Assembly (NCBI RefSeq): GCF_036917455.1 | Contig: NZ_JBALDK010000059.1 | Span: 1,466 to 65,465, forward strand | From: Nostoc sp. | GTDB lineage: Bacteria > Cyanobacteriota > Cyanobacteriia > Cyanobacteriales > Nostocaceae | Reading direction: 5' to 3' | Length of the DNA: 64,000 nt | Shown here: in pieces, positions 9,950 through 19,746 of the stretch | Position numbering within the stretch: the first letter of the stretch is position 1 | Layout: each line of letters starts with the position of its first letter | Made by a program: the position numbers and the translations under genes | The notes under the pieces: model-generated | Databases searched by the model: none | Seen by the model: only the letters and a program-made list of their open reading frames with translations | Told to the model about the DNA's origin: nothing

Positions 9950-11449
9950 TTATAATTCAGAATTTAAGGGCAAAATTACAGTAAATGTCGTGCCGACTCC
10001 AACTTGACTTGTGACGCTGATTTGGCCCTTGTGAGCATCAACGCACCTTTTAACGATTACTAACCCCAATCCAGTACCCTGAATTGATTGGACATTTGAG
10101 GCTCGATAGAATGATTCAAAAAGTCGAGCTTGGTCTGGTTCAGGAATTCCTAGACCTCGATCTTGAACAGAAAAAATTGCTACTTCCTCAATGGAATCGC
10201 ATATTAAATCAAGCTGAATCTTGCCACCTCTTGGAGAATATTTAACCGCGTTTGAGAGGAGATTACCGAACATATAATGTAAGAGTCCTTCATCCATTAC
10301 AGCGTCGGTACGAGCGCTATGACAGGTAAAAACAATTTCATACACCTTATTTTCAACAATAGAAAAATCTTTGATTAACTCTCGACAAAATTCTTCTAAA
10401 TTAAGAGGAGCAGGGTTATATACAAGTTTTTCGGACTCTGCTCGACCCATAAATAGAACTTCTTCCATGAGCTTTTCTAAAGATTGCACAGCACCTTGAA
10501 TTCGTTTTAAATAAATACCTCTTTTTGCATCTGTCAAATTTACTCCTTGCATTTCTATCAGTTCTACTGCCGTTTGAATCACAGTTAGGGGATTACGGAA
10601 CTCATGAGATACAGTAGAGATAAATAAGGACTTAAGACGGTTAAGTTCTTGCTCCTTTTCCAATGCTTGCTCTAGCAATTTTGTTTGCTGTCGTTCGCTA
10701 AGATCCCAGAAAACAACTACTACACCATTTATTTGGTCAGGTCGTCCCTTAAGTGGGGAAGCACTATCGCCAATTAGAACTCTTTTTCCATCTTTCCTAA
10801 TCAGATATGTGAATTCTTCTAAATAAACAACCTGTTGTTCCCGCAGCACTTTTGTGATTGGGTTTTCTAATATAGTATCTGTAACTTCATTGACAAGATG
10901 AAAAATCTTCGTCGCCTCATTTCCTAAAGCATCTTTTTGCTGCCAGCCAGTCAATGCCTCAGCTGCGGGATTTATGAATGTTACTTTTCCGTGCTCATTT
11001 GTAGCGATTACAGCATCACTCATCGAGTTTAAAAGGGTTGCTAACCGATCTCGATTCTCCCGTAACTCACGCTCTAACTGGTGTTGTAAAAGGCCGATTT
11101 CGATCGCTATTCTTAAATCTTTTGTCGTAAATGGTTTAACGATGTATCCAAAAGGTTGAGTAATTTTGGCTCTTTCTAAAGTATGATCGTCACCATAAGC
11201 TGTTAAAAATATTACAGGTACATCTAACTGCTCACGAATCTGGCTAGCGGTAGCAATACCATCCATCTCACCTTTAAGAATAATATCCATTAATACTAAT
11301 TCTGGTTGAGTTTCCGATGCCTTGGCAATGGCAACTTTTCCCGACGAAGCTGTTCCCGTAACAATATAACCTAGTTGACTTAGTTGGCTAGCAATAGTTC
11401 TAGCCACAATCACTTCATCTTCAACAACTAAAATCCTAGCTTGACCCAT
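9950..11449 (-). CDS. Hybrid sensor kinase: REC-PAS-HisKA-HATPase
   Basis: ILVVEDE...LMDI receiver, a PAS domain, H-box VSHEFRNPL, N-box NLLSNAVKYS and G2 GTGLGL. Confidence 0.92.
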   Translation of the reverse strand: MGQARILVVEDEVIVARTIASQLSQLGYIVTGTASSGKVAIAKASETQPELVLMDIILKGEMDGIATASQIREQLDVPVIFLTAYGDDHTLERAKITQPFGYIVKPFTTKDLRIAIEIGLLQHQLERELRENRDRLATLLNSMSDAVIATNEHGKVTFINPAAEALTGWQQKDALGNEATKIFHLVNEVTDTILENPITKVLREQQVVYLEEFTYLIRKDGKRVLIGDSASPLKGRPDQINGVVVVFWDLSERQQTKLLEQALEKEQELNRLKSLFISTVSHEFRNPLTVIQTAVELIEMQGVNLTDAKRGIYLKRIQGAVQSLEKLMEEVLFMGRAESEKLVYNPAPLNLEEFCRELIKDFSIVENKVYEIVFTCHSARTDAVMDEGLLHYMFGNLLSNAVKYSPRGGKIQLDLICDSIEEVAIFSVQDRGLGIPEPDQARLFESFYRASNVQSIQGTGLGLVIVKRCVDAHKGQISVTSQVGVGTTFTVILPLNSEL

Positions 11450-11456
11450 TTGATAT

Positions 11457-14255
11457 TTACTGATGCAAAGTTAACTGCGTAAATTGGATTTTGAATACTG
11501 TTCCACGATTGCGTTCTAGAGTAATATCGCCTTCTAATTGTTCTGTAACCAAGTCATATACTAACGACAGACCCAAAGAATCAGTATTTGTCCAATCTAA
11601 ATTATCTGGTAAACCAATCCCATTGTCTCTAATCGTCATCTCGATGTTATTGCCAATATTACGTAAAGCAATACTTATTTTTCCTGCTTGTTGATTAGGG
11701 AAAGCGTGTTTGAGGGCATTAGAGATTAATTCGTTGATAACCAGTCCACAGGCAATAGCTTGGTCAACATTCAAACTCACCGAATCTATATCAGTTTCTA
11801 TAACGATTTTTTCCGGCCATATTTGATAGGAAATGAGCAAACTTGCTGCTAAATTATGGATATAGTCACATACATCAATTTGTCCGATATTCGCAGAAAT
11901 ATACAAATTTTTATGAATTAGAGATATTGACTCAATTCGGTTTTGGCTTTCTCGAAGAACTTTGATTACTTCAGGATCTTTGAGAGTTTGAGACTGGAGT
12001 TGTAAGAGACTGGAGACAATTTGCAAATTATTTTTAACTCGATGATGAACTTCTTTTAACAGAACTTCTTTTTCAGCTAAGGCGTGTCTTAACTTTACTT
12101 CAGCTTTTTGTCTTTGAACAAGTTCAGTTTGAGCTTGCTCAAAGATGCTAGATTGTTGAATTGCGATCGCTAATTGGACTGTAAGTTGATCGAGCAAATC
12201 TAATTGATTTTCTTCCCACTCCCGGAAACTAGAGCATTGGTGAGCAATCAGTAAACCCCAAAGATGAGAGCCAGGGTTTTTAGAACTCACTTCTAGTAAA
12301 ATGGGCACGACTAAATTCGCTTTGACTTCAAACTGTTCTAACAAGCGAATATGGCAATCAGTTAGTCCAGCTTCATAAATATTAGCGATCGCTCTTTTAC
12401 GTCCCTGATAATACTCCACTCCTGCGCCTGTTTGAAAACACGAATCATGAATCTGTACGCCCAAAGAAACTGTCCATCCAGGTTCTACCGACTCCGCCAT
12501 AATTGTGCCGATCATCTCTGAATCAAACTGATAAACTACTACTCGATCAACCCCAAGTAAGTCTCGCACTTCTTGAACTGTTGCATTTAAAATATCTTGG
12601 AGATTTAGAGATTGACGAATCCGTTGAGCAACCGTTCGCATCAATTGTTCGCGTTCGGCTTGAGCTTTTAGAGCCAGTTCAGTTCGCTTCCGTTCTGTGA
12701 TATCTTGTCCAATACCAATAATTTGACCATTTGAAAGTTTAACATTAGTCCAAGATGTATCTAGTAAATCACCATCCCGAACCTGAATTTTAAAGTCACC
12801 CCAATTGCGTTGTGCAGACTGCATAAAATTAATCACATACTGTCGATATTCAGCATTAGGATATAAGGCTTCCAGCACATCGCTAGTTTGAAAGTCGTTA
12901 AATTTCCAGCCCAAAACACTTTCCCATTCTTGGTTTACCCATTGGAGTTTGCCATTAGCATCAATGAGTGCAATCATCAACGGGATACTTTCAAAAATTT
13001 TCCGCAAAAACTCATTTTGTTCTTGAAGTTTTGTTTCTACATTTTTGCGGTTTGTAATATCATAAAATACTGTTAAAATTGCTGTTTCACTATTGAATTT
13101 CAAATATTGGAAGGAAGCGATCGCCCAGAAATCAGTTCCGTCTGCCCTCTTCAATTTAAGTTCATAATCTTGAAGAGAATCATTTTGATTAAGAGCTTCT
13201 AACATGGCTTCTAAATCGGCTGAATTATGGTATAAATCTAAATTTTTGCGATTCACCAAATCTTCAGATGAAAATCGAAATGTTTGCATTAACTCCGAAT
13301 TAGCATATAAAATCAAACCGTCAGATAGACGCGAAATAATTAATGGAATAGGAATTGCTTCAGAAATAACTCTAAATCTCGCTTCACTTTCTTGAAGGGT
13401 TCTTTCTATACGTTTATATTTTGTAATGTCTCGGATATTAACCAACCGAGCATGGTAACTGGCATAGTTTATTGCATGTGTGACAATTTCAACATCAATA
13501 ATCTGTCCGTCTTTTCGCCGATGTTGCCATTGTCCAGCAAAATGTAAGCTAGTGTGCTTTCGTCTTAAATATTCTCTGAAAATAGGCACATCTTCTGGAG
13601 TGCGAATATCAGTTATTCGCATTTGTAAAAACTCTTCTCGTGAGTAACCGTAGTGGACAACAGCAGCTTCATTTACATCTAAAAATTGCAGGGTATTCTG
13701 CTTATATACCCACATTGGATTAGGATTTTTAGAGAAAAGAAGATTAAAACTTCTTTGGCTATCATCAATTAATTTTTGTCTATGTAATTCTAAATACCTG
13801 ATTGTTTGTCGAGCTAGCTGTTGTAAAACTACTTCTTCTTTAACAGTCAAGTTTCGCGGTGCAAAATCAATTACACAAAGACTACCCAATGCAAAACCGC
13901 TTGAGCTAATTAAGGGAACTCCCGCATAAAAGCGGAAATTAGGATTGGATATTACAAGAGGATTTGTCGCCAATCGTTCATCTTGCAAAGCATCCGGGAT
14001 GATTAATATTTTACTTTGCAAGATAGTATAACTACCAAAAGAAATACTTCGAGGAATTTCCGATGTTGTTACTCCAATTTTTGACTTGAACCATTCCCGT
14101 TCTGTATCAACTAGGCTAATCAGAGCGATTGGTGTTTCACAAAGGTTAGCAGCTAATTGAGCAAGCTCATCAAAAATTTCTTCTGGTGGCGTATCTAAAA
14201 TTTGATACTGGTTAAGTACTTCTAGCCTTTGACCTTCATTTTCAGGAAGTAGCAT
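11457..14255 (-). CDS. Sensor kinase GAF-PAS-PAS-PAS-GAF(cyanobacteriochrome-like)-HisKA_2-HATPase (probable start 14255; ORF extends to 14312)
   Basis: EVHHRVKNNLQ H-box (HisKA_2) and NELISNALKHAF. The second GAF has DSCF and CH motifs. Confidence 0.9.
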   Translation of the reverse strand: MLLPENEGQRLEVLNQYQILDTPPEEIFDELAQLAANLCETPIALISLVDTEREWFKSKIGVTTSEIPRSISFGSYTILQSKILIIPDALQDERLATNPLVISNPNFRFYAGVPLISSSGFALGSLCVIDFAPRNLTVKEEVVLQQLARQTIRYLELHRQKLIDDSQRSFNLLFSKNPNPMWVYKQNTLQFLDVNEAAVVHYGYSREEFLQMRITDIRTPEDVPIFREYLRRKHTSLHFAGQWQHRRKDGQIIDVEIVTHAINYASYHARLVNIRDITKYKRIERTLQESEARFRVISEAIPIPLIISRLSDGLILYANSELMQTFRFSSEDLVNRKNLDLYHNSADLEAMLEALNQNDSLQDYELKLKRADGTDFWAIASFQYLKFNSETAILTVFYDITNRKNVETKLQEQNEFLRKIFESIPLMIALIDANGKLQWVNQEWESVLGWKFNDFQTSDVLEALYPNAEYRQYVINFMQSAQRNWGDFKIQVRDGDLLDTSWTNVKLSNGQIIGIGQDITERKRTELALKAQAEREQLMRTVAQRIRQSLNLQDILNATVQEVRDLLGVDRVVVYQFDSEMIGTIMAESVEPGWTVSLGVQIHDSCFQTGAGVEYYQGRKRAIANIYEAGLTDCHIRLLEQFEVKANLVVPILLEVSSKNPGSHLWGLLIAHQCSSFREWEENQLDLLDQLTVQLAIAIQQSSIFEQAQTELVQRQKAEVKLRHALAEKEVLLKEVHHRVKNNLQIVSSLLQLQSQTLKDPEVIKVLRESQNRIESISLIHKNLYISANIGQIDVCDYIHNLAASLLISYQIWPEKIVIETDIDSVSLNVDQAIACGLVINELISNALKHAFPNQQAGKISIALRNIGNNIEMTIRDNGIGLPDNLDWTNTDSLGLSLVYDLVTEQLEGDITLERNRGTVFKIQFTQLTLHQ

Positions 14256-14808
14256 TATTGATTGTGTGAAAAATGTTTGTAAAATATCAGATTTTATTTG
14301 CTTTAATCTCAAAATAAAATTAATTTTTCTAAAATTTACGAAATTAAAATCAGATTTTTCCTAATAAGATATGATGATTTATTTTTGGGAAATGCCTTTT
14401 ACTCCATAACATTGTTAAGATATTTATTTTTTTTCAGAATAATTTACTCTATGTGAATAGGTACTTGAGGTTGCTTAAAAGTGGGTTTAAAAAAATGTTA
14501 TATTCCCTATCAGTATTTTTATCAAACTCTTGGCAGTTTTTGCAACATCCAAAATCGACATATGAACCATTTCCTGTCAACTATCAATAAAGCAATTTCA
14601 AAAGCATCTTGGACATCAAGCCCTTTCCAAGTTGTACTTTAACGATAGCAAGAGTTCTAAGGTTAACAAATTCTACATTTATGGATTTTTGTCAGCATAC
14701 ATAAGTAGTACTAAATAATACTTTCGATAGAGGGGCGAATCAGCAATAACTAGATTCCAGATAGATACACTCACATCACTAATTTCTTTAAAATGATCTC
14801 AAGAATAA

Positions 14809-15027
14809 ATGATTAGGAATGTAGTCATGGCTGAACAAGAAAAACAAAAATCTGATAATCAAGAAGGTACGCCTACTGCTTCTGGTGGCTACCAAACCCC
14901 CATAGAGGAAGGTATCCGCAAAACTGGCGATGCTGAAAAGAGTGATGCTAAACCCAGTGCTACACCAGAAGCACCAGGAGAGGATTCTGTAGCAGGTAGC
15001 CCCAATCAAGGAACCGAGTCACGTTAG
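14809..15027 (+). CDS. Small hydrophilic hypothetical protein (start 14809 or 14827)
   Basis: 72-aa low-complexity acidic ORF followed by a terminator at 15099-15143. Confidence 0.55.
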   Translation: MIRNVVMAEQEKQKSDNQEGTPTASGGYQTPIEEGIRKTGDAEKSDAKPSATPEAPGEDSVAGSPNQGTESR

Positions 15028-15098
15028 ATTGGTTTGGACTTTCCCAAGTTTTAATAGTCTAGTTGGGTTGTTTCTACTAACGCGCATTTAGTAAAATT

Positions 15099-15143
15099 TG
15101 AGTGGACAGTTGTGGTTTATATCGCGATTGTCCACTCATTTTT
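15099..15143 (+). terminator. Intrinsic terminator
   Basis: TGAGTGGACA / TGTCCACTCA stem plus T-tract. Confidence 0.65.
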
Positions 15144-15192
15144 ATTGTGTGAGAATCGTTTTCAGGGAGGATGAAGGCTGATGTGGTAAAGT

Positions 15193-15221
15193 GCGTAGGC
15201 GTAGCCCACCAGAGGTATCAC
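15193..15221 (-). repeat. SDR5-like 21-nt element inserted in a degenerate HIP1 site
   Basis: Minus strand GTGAT-[ACCTCTGGTGGGCTACGCCTA]-CGC. Confidence 0.65.
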
Positions 15222-15477
15222 TTTCGTTTTATGGCATTTTGTAGTAATTATACAGCTAATTATTTTATTATAAATTTGATATTTATATTTCTAAGTATAA
15301 TATCTGAAGTTTATCAGCACAGCCTTGCATAAAAATATCTATCCCTGAAATCTGCTAAACTTCATGATTCTTAATAATTTAGCTTCCTCTTGTGGCTGAC
15401 AGAAGTCCCACAATCCCATAGGCTGATCTTAAAGTGGTAATTTTTCACTTAGTCGTTAATAACTACCTATACAGATA

Positions 15478-15807
15478 ATGCCCCTGAAAATCGTCCAGAA
15501 CTTTGATAGCAGTTTTACTCTTGAAACACAAGCTCAAGAAACTCTATTCAATTTATTGACAAGCGTTGCTTTCTTAAATCAAATTAGTCAACAGTTGCAA
15601 TGCGAGCAAGTTAAATTTACTGAATTACTTTTCCAACCAGTTCCTTACAGCTTAACTACCACTAAAGGAATGCCAGCCGAGTTTGAAAAATATCATGAAT
15701 CTGATGAGTATGCCATCATCAATGTACCGCCAAATTTCATGTTTAGTGCTAAGATTTTTAAACCAAGTCGCCTTTGTGCAATTTACCAAAAAATTGGTAA
15801 TAGTTAA
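15478..15807 (+). CDS. Hypothetical protein
   Basis: 109-aa ORF, co-oriented with the downstream genes. No recognisable motif. Confidence 0.65.
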   Translation: MPLKIVQNFDSSFTLETQAQETLFNLLTSVAFLNQISQQLQCEQVKFTELLFQPVPYSLTTTKGMPAEFEKYHESDEYAIINVPPNFMFSAKIFKPSRLCAIYQKIGNS

Positions 15808-15860
15808 TTTTGAAGATAATTTTTTCCTAATAGGCAAATAGTAAGTTTGATATTTTATAT

Positions 15861-16409
15861 ATGGCTCTTGAAACTAATCTTTCTTCTTTAGCAACCTTGG
15901 AATATATTCCTTACATTGACGATCGCGGGCAATTACCCGAACAATTTCAGAGTAAAATTGGGGTATATGCTATCTTTGATCCAGAAAAAGTGCTGCAATT
16001 TGTAGGCTATTCTCGTGATGTTTATCTCAGCCTGAAACAGCATTTAGTCCGTCAGCCACAGCATTGCTATTGGGTCAAGGTTCAAACTATTGAACGTCCT
16101 AGTCGCACAATTTTAGAAAATACTGAAAATGCTTGGATTGCTGAAAATGGCGGTATGCCTTGGGGAAATGGAGATAACAAGGAAAAATGGACGCATCCCA
16201 TTGATGTAAAAGTTATCATGACACCCGAAGAACAGGCGAAATATCAAAATCCAGCGAATGATGAATTAGCACAAATAAAAATTCTTAAAAATGTGGCGCG
16301 GAGAGTAGAAGCAGAAATTTCAACACAATTGCTAGAAGTGCGGGGTTTGCAAATGCAAATTCGCTTTAATCCTAAATTGAAAGAAGAAGGTTTGCTAGAT
16401 TTGAAATGA
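15861..16409 (+). CDS. GIY-YIG superfamily protein
   Basis: GVYAIF...FVGYSRD...HL pattern and a downstream E (ENAWI). Confidence 0.7.
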   Translation: MALETNLSSLATLEYIPYIDDRGQLPEQFQSKIGVYAIFDPEKVLQFVGYSRDVYLSLKQHLVRQPQHCYWVKVQTIERPSRTILENTENAWIAENGGMPWGNGDNKEKWTHPIDVKVIMTPEEQAKYQNPANDELAQIKILKNVARRVEAEISTQLLEVRGLQMQIRFNPKLKEEGLLDLK

Positions 16410-16462
16410 AGGTTGTTTTGGGGAAAACTAACTATAGACATGAATATCGCTTATAATCTCCC

Positions 16463-17923
16463 ATGACAATACAGCTGCTGAACGATCGCTATCAAGTTAT
16501 CCGCACACTGGGCGCTGGTGGGTTTGGTGAAACCTATCTAGCAGAGGATACCTATATGCCCTCAAAGCGCCGTTGTGTGGTTAAACAGCTAAGACCGATT
16601 CACAACAATCCTCAAATTTACCAGTTAGTGCAAGAGAGGTTTCAACGCGAAGCAGCAATTTTGGAACAACTCGGCGGCGCATCTGACCAAATTCCAGCAT
16701 TGTATGCCTACTTCTCCTCTGGCGGACAATTTTACTTAGTTCAGGAGTGGATTGAAGGCGATACCCTAACTGGAAAAATTCAAAAGCAAGGGCTATTTAG
16801 TGAAAGCGCTGTCCAGGAATTATTTATGAATTTGTTACCCGTCCTGGATTACGTTCACTCTAAGCATATCGTTCACCGCGATATTAAGCCGGATAACATC
16901 ATTGTGCGTAAGCAAGATGGTAAACCAATACTAATTGATTTTGGCGCTATCCGCGAATCAATGGGAACAGTGGTGAATTCTCAAGGCAATCCTACCAGTT
17001 CCATTGTGATTGGGACACCTGGCTATATGCCGAGCGAACAAGCCGCAGGGAGACCAGTATATTCGAGTGATTTATACAGTTTAGGAATGACGGTAATTTA
17101 TTTGCTGACTGGTAAACAGGCGCAACAACTAGAAACCGATTCCCAAACGGGTGAAATTGTCTGGCGACAGTATGCGAGTCATGTTAGTCCAATCATTGCA
17201 GGAGTAATCGATAGAGCGATCGCATATCATCCGCGCGATCGCTACCCCACAGCCAGAGCAATGTTGGATACTTTGCAGAACATAGCAAATCCCATTCCAG
17301 CGACGCAACCCCTCTTGACTCAACCCACTTTAGTCTCTGCACCACCACCTCAGACAGTACCTGCTAAACCACAGCCTAGCGCTCAAAGTAATAGTCAGAA
17401 TAATATCCTTATCGGCAGTTTAATCGCAGGTGGGTTGATTGGTGCATCTGTGATTATTAGTCAAGTCTTAACAAAACCTACTCAATCTACAACAGATAAA
17501 ACAGTATTACCTTCAGAAACACCGTCAGCGATCGCAAGCCCCGTAATAGAAACCCCGATTATACCAACTACCCCATCTGTTCCTACTCAATCTACACCTT
17601 CCCCAGCTACATCAATATCGCCAGTAGCTACCACGACCGTCAACAATTATTTCTGGCTTTCCCAAAGACTTGTAACTGATGCAGATTTGGAGGGTAAAGA
17701 CGGTTTTGAACTAGATATTATGCGAAATTCGATTTTTGCTAGTCACGGTCGTCGTTTTGAGACTCCTGGATTGCAAGATTACTTTGACAAGCAACCTTGG
17801 TATAAGCCTATATATCCAGCAAAATCATTTCCGGCTAATTCGCTGAAAAAATTAGAGCAACAGAATGTAGATTATATCGACAAATATCAAAATCGTTCCG
17901 GCTTGAGATATTTTAAGAAATAA
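16463..17923 (+). CDS. Pkn2-type Ser/Thr kinase with TM helix, Pro/Thr linker and C-terminal YARHG-like domain
   Basis: LGAGGFG, HRDIKPDN, DFG and GTPGYM kinase motifs; TM segment LIGSLIAGGLIGASVII; C-terminal LDIMRNSIFASHGRRF...YFDKQPWY. Confidence 0.92.
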   Translation: MTIQLLNDRYQVIRTLGAGGFGETYLAEDTYMPSKRRCVVKQLRPIHNNPQIYQLVQERFQREAAILEQLGGASDQIPALYAYFSSGGQFYLVQEWIEGDTLTGKIQKQGLFSESAVQELFMNLLPVLDYVHSKHIVHRDIKPDNIIVRKQDGKPILIDFGAIRESMGTVVNSQGNPTSSIVIGTPGYMPSEQAAGRPVYSSDLYSLGMTVIYLLTGKQAQQLETDSQTGEIVWRQYASHVSPIIAGVIDRAIAYHPRDRYPTARAMLDTLQNIANPIPATQPLLTQPTLVSAPPPQTVPAKPQPSAQSNSQNNILIGSLIAGGLIGASVIISQVLTKPTQSTTDKTVLPSETPSAIASPVIETPIIPTTPSVPTQSTPSPATSISPVATTTVNNYFWLSQRLVTDADLEGKDGFELDIMRNSIFASHGRRFETPGLQDYFDKQPWYKPIYPAKSFPANSLKKLEQQNVDYIDKYQNRSGLRYFKK

Positions 17924-18714
17924 GCTTTTGATTATTATACCATTTTATAAAATACCTGATATATTAGCAGGGGCGTACTTCTGTATGCTGATATCAATAT
18001 AAGCCCCAAAAAGAGAATTCACGACTACACAAACTCTCGTCTGCTTCAGAAGACTAAGAGAAAATCAAGGTTTTAAAATCTGCCTGTGTGGGTTTTGTTT
18101 GTGTGGATGCAGTTTCTAACTGCCTTTTTGTTAAGTTGACACCATTAAGTGCTGTACGTCCTTACACCTACTGCAAATATTCTTGTAAATGCTATAAGTC
18201 GTAAGTGGATTAACTTGGACTTATCAAACAATTTCTTGCTACTTATTAGATAATATCTAGGTTAGCTAGTGTAACAGATTGCACAGACTATTATATTTTG
18301 TATGGTCTAAAATCGCTATATATTGCAGGCTAATCCTAGCGAAGTCTATATGGAGTCAGAACTAGACTGTTTTCTTATCCTCGAAAATCCATCTCTAAAT
18401 ACTAGTCAGTTTCATAACCAGGTATTTATATGTAATATATAAATTTGCTATTTACGTGATTAGCAATCCATAAGTTAAAGAAATGCCATTTTTATATTTT
18501 CTTTGTTATTTTGTATTTAACGGGACAGTTCTTCCTGATTTGGTGGGTTTAAATAACAATTAGTTAAACCATTTACCTCCAAAGGTGCATGTAAATTCTT
18601 TGAGTTGAGCTTATTTTGTTTCTTTCCTTACAAACAAGCAAAATGCAAATTGACTAGAGAAATTAGATGGTAATACTCCCAATCGGCAAATAGTTCATCT
18701 ACACAAGGAAAACC

Positions 18715-19074
18715 ATGCTTAAAACAAAGAATCGGCGCATTTTTCTATCTGCTTTTATTCCACCTTTAGGACAAAATCATCAAGCGGATAGTGAAAGCCA
18801 ATTAGCTCAACCTAAATTAGATTTATTGCAACCCTTACGTCAATGGCTAGACACAATTGAGATTCAGAATCGGAAATTAGCCAAATTTATTGCTAAACTG
18901 ATTCCCGCTCAGTGTCCATTCGAGCGTGATATCATGCTTTTTGGTCGCAAAGTAGCTCACATTCCACCAATGTGCAAGCTAAATCCGCTTTATAACGAAC
19001 TTGTGTACTTACGTTTTCGCGCTTTGTGTTATCTAGTAGATCAGTGTGGAGAAGATATTCAATCTTACTGCTGA
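18715..19074 (+). CDS. Stand-alone 'Mo-dependent nitrogenase C-terminal' domain protein (not a nitrogenase subunit)
   Basis: IPAQCPFERDI...HIPPMCKLNPLY..L..LRFRAL signature. Confidence 0.8.
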   Translation: MLKTKNRRIFLSAFIPPLGQNHQADSESQLAQPKLDLLQPLRQWLDTIEIQNRKLAKFIAKLIPAQCPFERDIMLFGRKVAHIPPMCKLNPLYNELVYLRFRALCYLVDQCGEDIQSYC

Positions 19075-19096
19075 ACATAACTAGAAAAAACACAAT

Positions 19097-19369
19097 ATGG
19101 AAATTAAAATTGAGCATCAACCCAAACAAGAACGCCTCAATGAATTGGGTGTCTATAAATGGGAAGTTTGGAAAAAGGAAGTCTCAAAATTCCCTTGGAC
19201 TTATGATTCTCAAGAAACTTGTTACTTTTTGGAAGGTAATGTAGTTGTTACTCCTGATGGTGGACAGCCAGTACAAATGGGTAAAGGTGATTTGGTGATT
19301 TTTCCCTCTGGTATGTCCTGCATCTGGGAAATCACAAGCGACGTGAAAAAACATTATTACTTTGATTAG
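19097..19369 (+). CDS. Small cupin (DUF861/Cupin_3-like)
   Basis: WEVWKKEVSKFPWTYDSQETCYFLEG and GDLVIFPSG. Confidence 0.85.
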   Translation: MEIKIEHQPKQERLNELGVYKWEVWKKEVSKFPWTYDSQETCYFLEGNVVVTPDGGQPVQMGKGDLVIFPSGMSCIWEITSDVKKHYYFD

Positions 19370-19529
19370 CCAATAGATAAAAGCTATCCCCATTAATTGA
19401 CACGTTTGTTATTGGTTTGTTTGGTTAAGATACCTACCAAAATAGCGCTCATCTTTTTGACGAGTTTGATTGAAAATATAGCTTTCCGCCACAGGAAAAG
19501 AAATATACAGCACTTTCCAATCTAAATAA

Positions 19530-19622
19530 ATTACGAGCGATGACGCAAAAATGATGGAATGTGCTGCCGCTTGCCGTAAGTGTGCAGAGTCTTGCAGAAG
19601 TATGCAGATGATGCCCGCATAA
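19530..19622 (+). pseudogene. 3' remnant of a four-helix-bundle Cys-rich copper-storage protein (DUF326/Csp3-like)
   Basis: Manual translation ITSDDAKMMECAAACRKCAESCRSMQMMPA*. There is an in-frame TAA immediately upstream (19527-19529). Confidence 0.7.
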
Positions 19623-19746
19623 TTCCACGACAATCTAGCAGAAGTTTCTCTGCAACCTAATATTCAAGCGCTCAGACTCTTTGGAATCTGGGCGCTTGAA
19701 GTAATATTATTTTGAAAAATTTCCCGCGTCCCGCCTATCTCTGCGT

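Noticed and set aside
18715-19074. Possible nitrogenase gene or nif cluster
   Set aside because: Only a small stand-alone domain with a misleading family name. No nifH/D/K motifs are present in the window.
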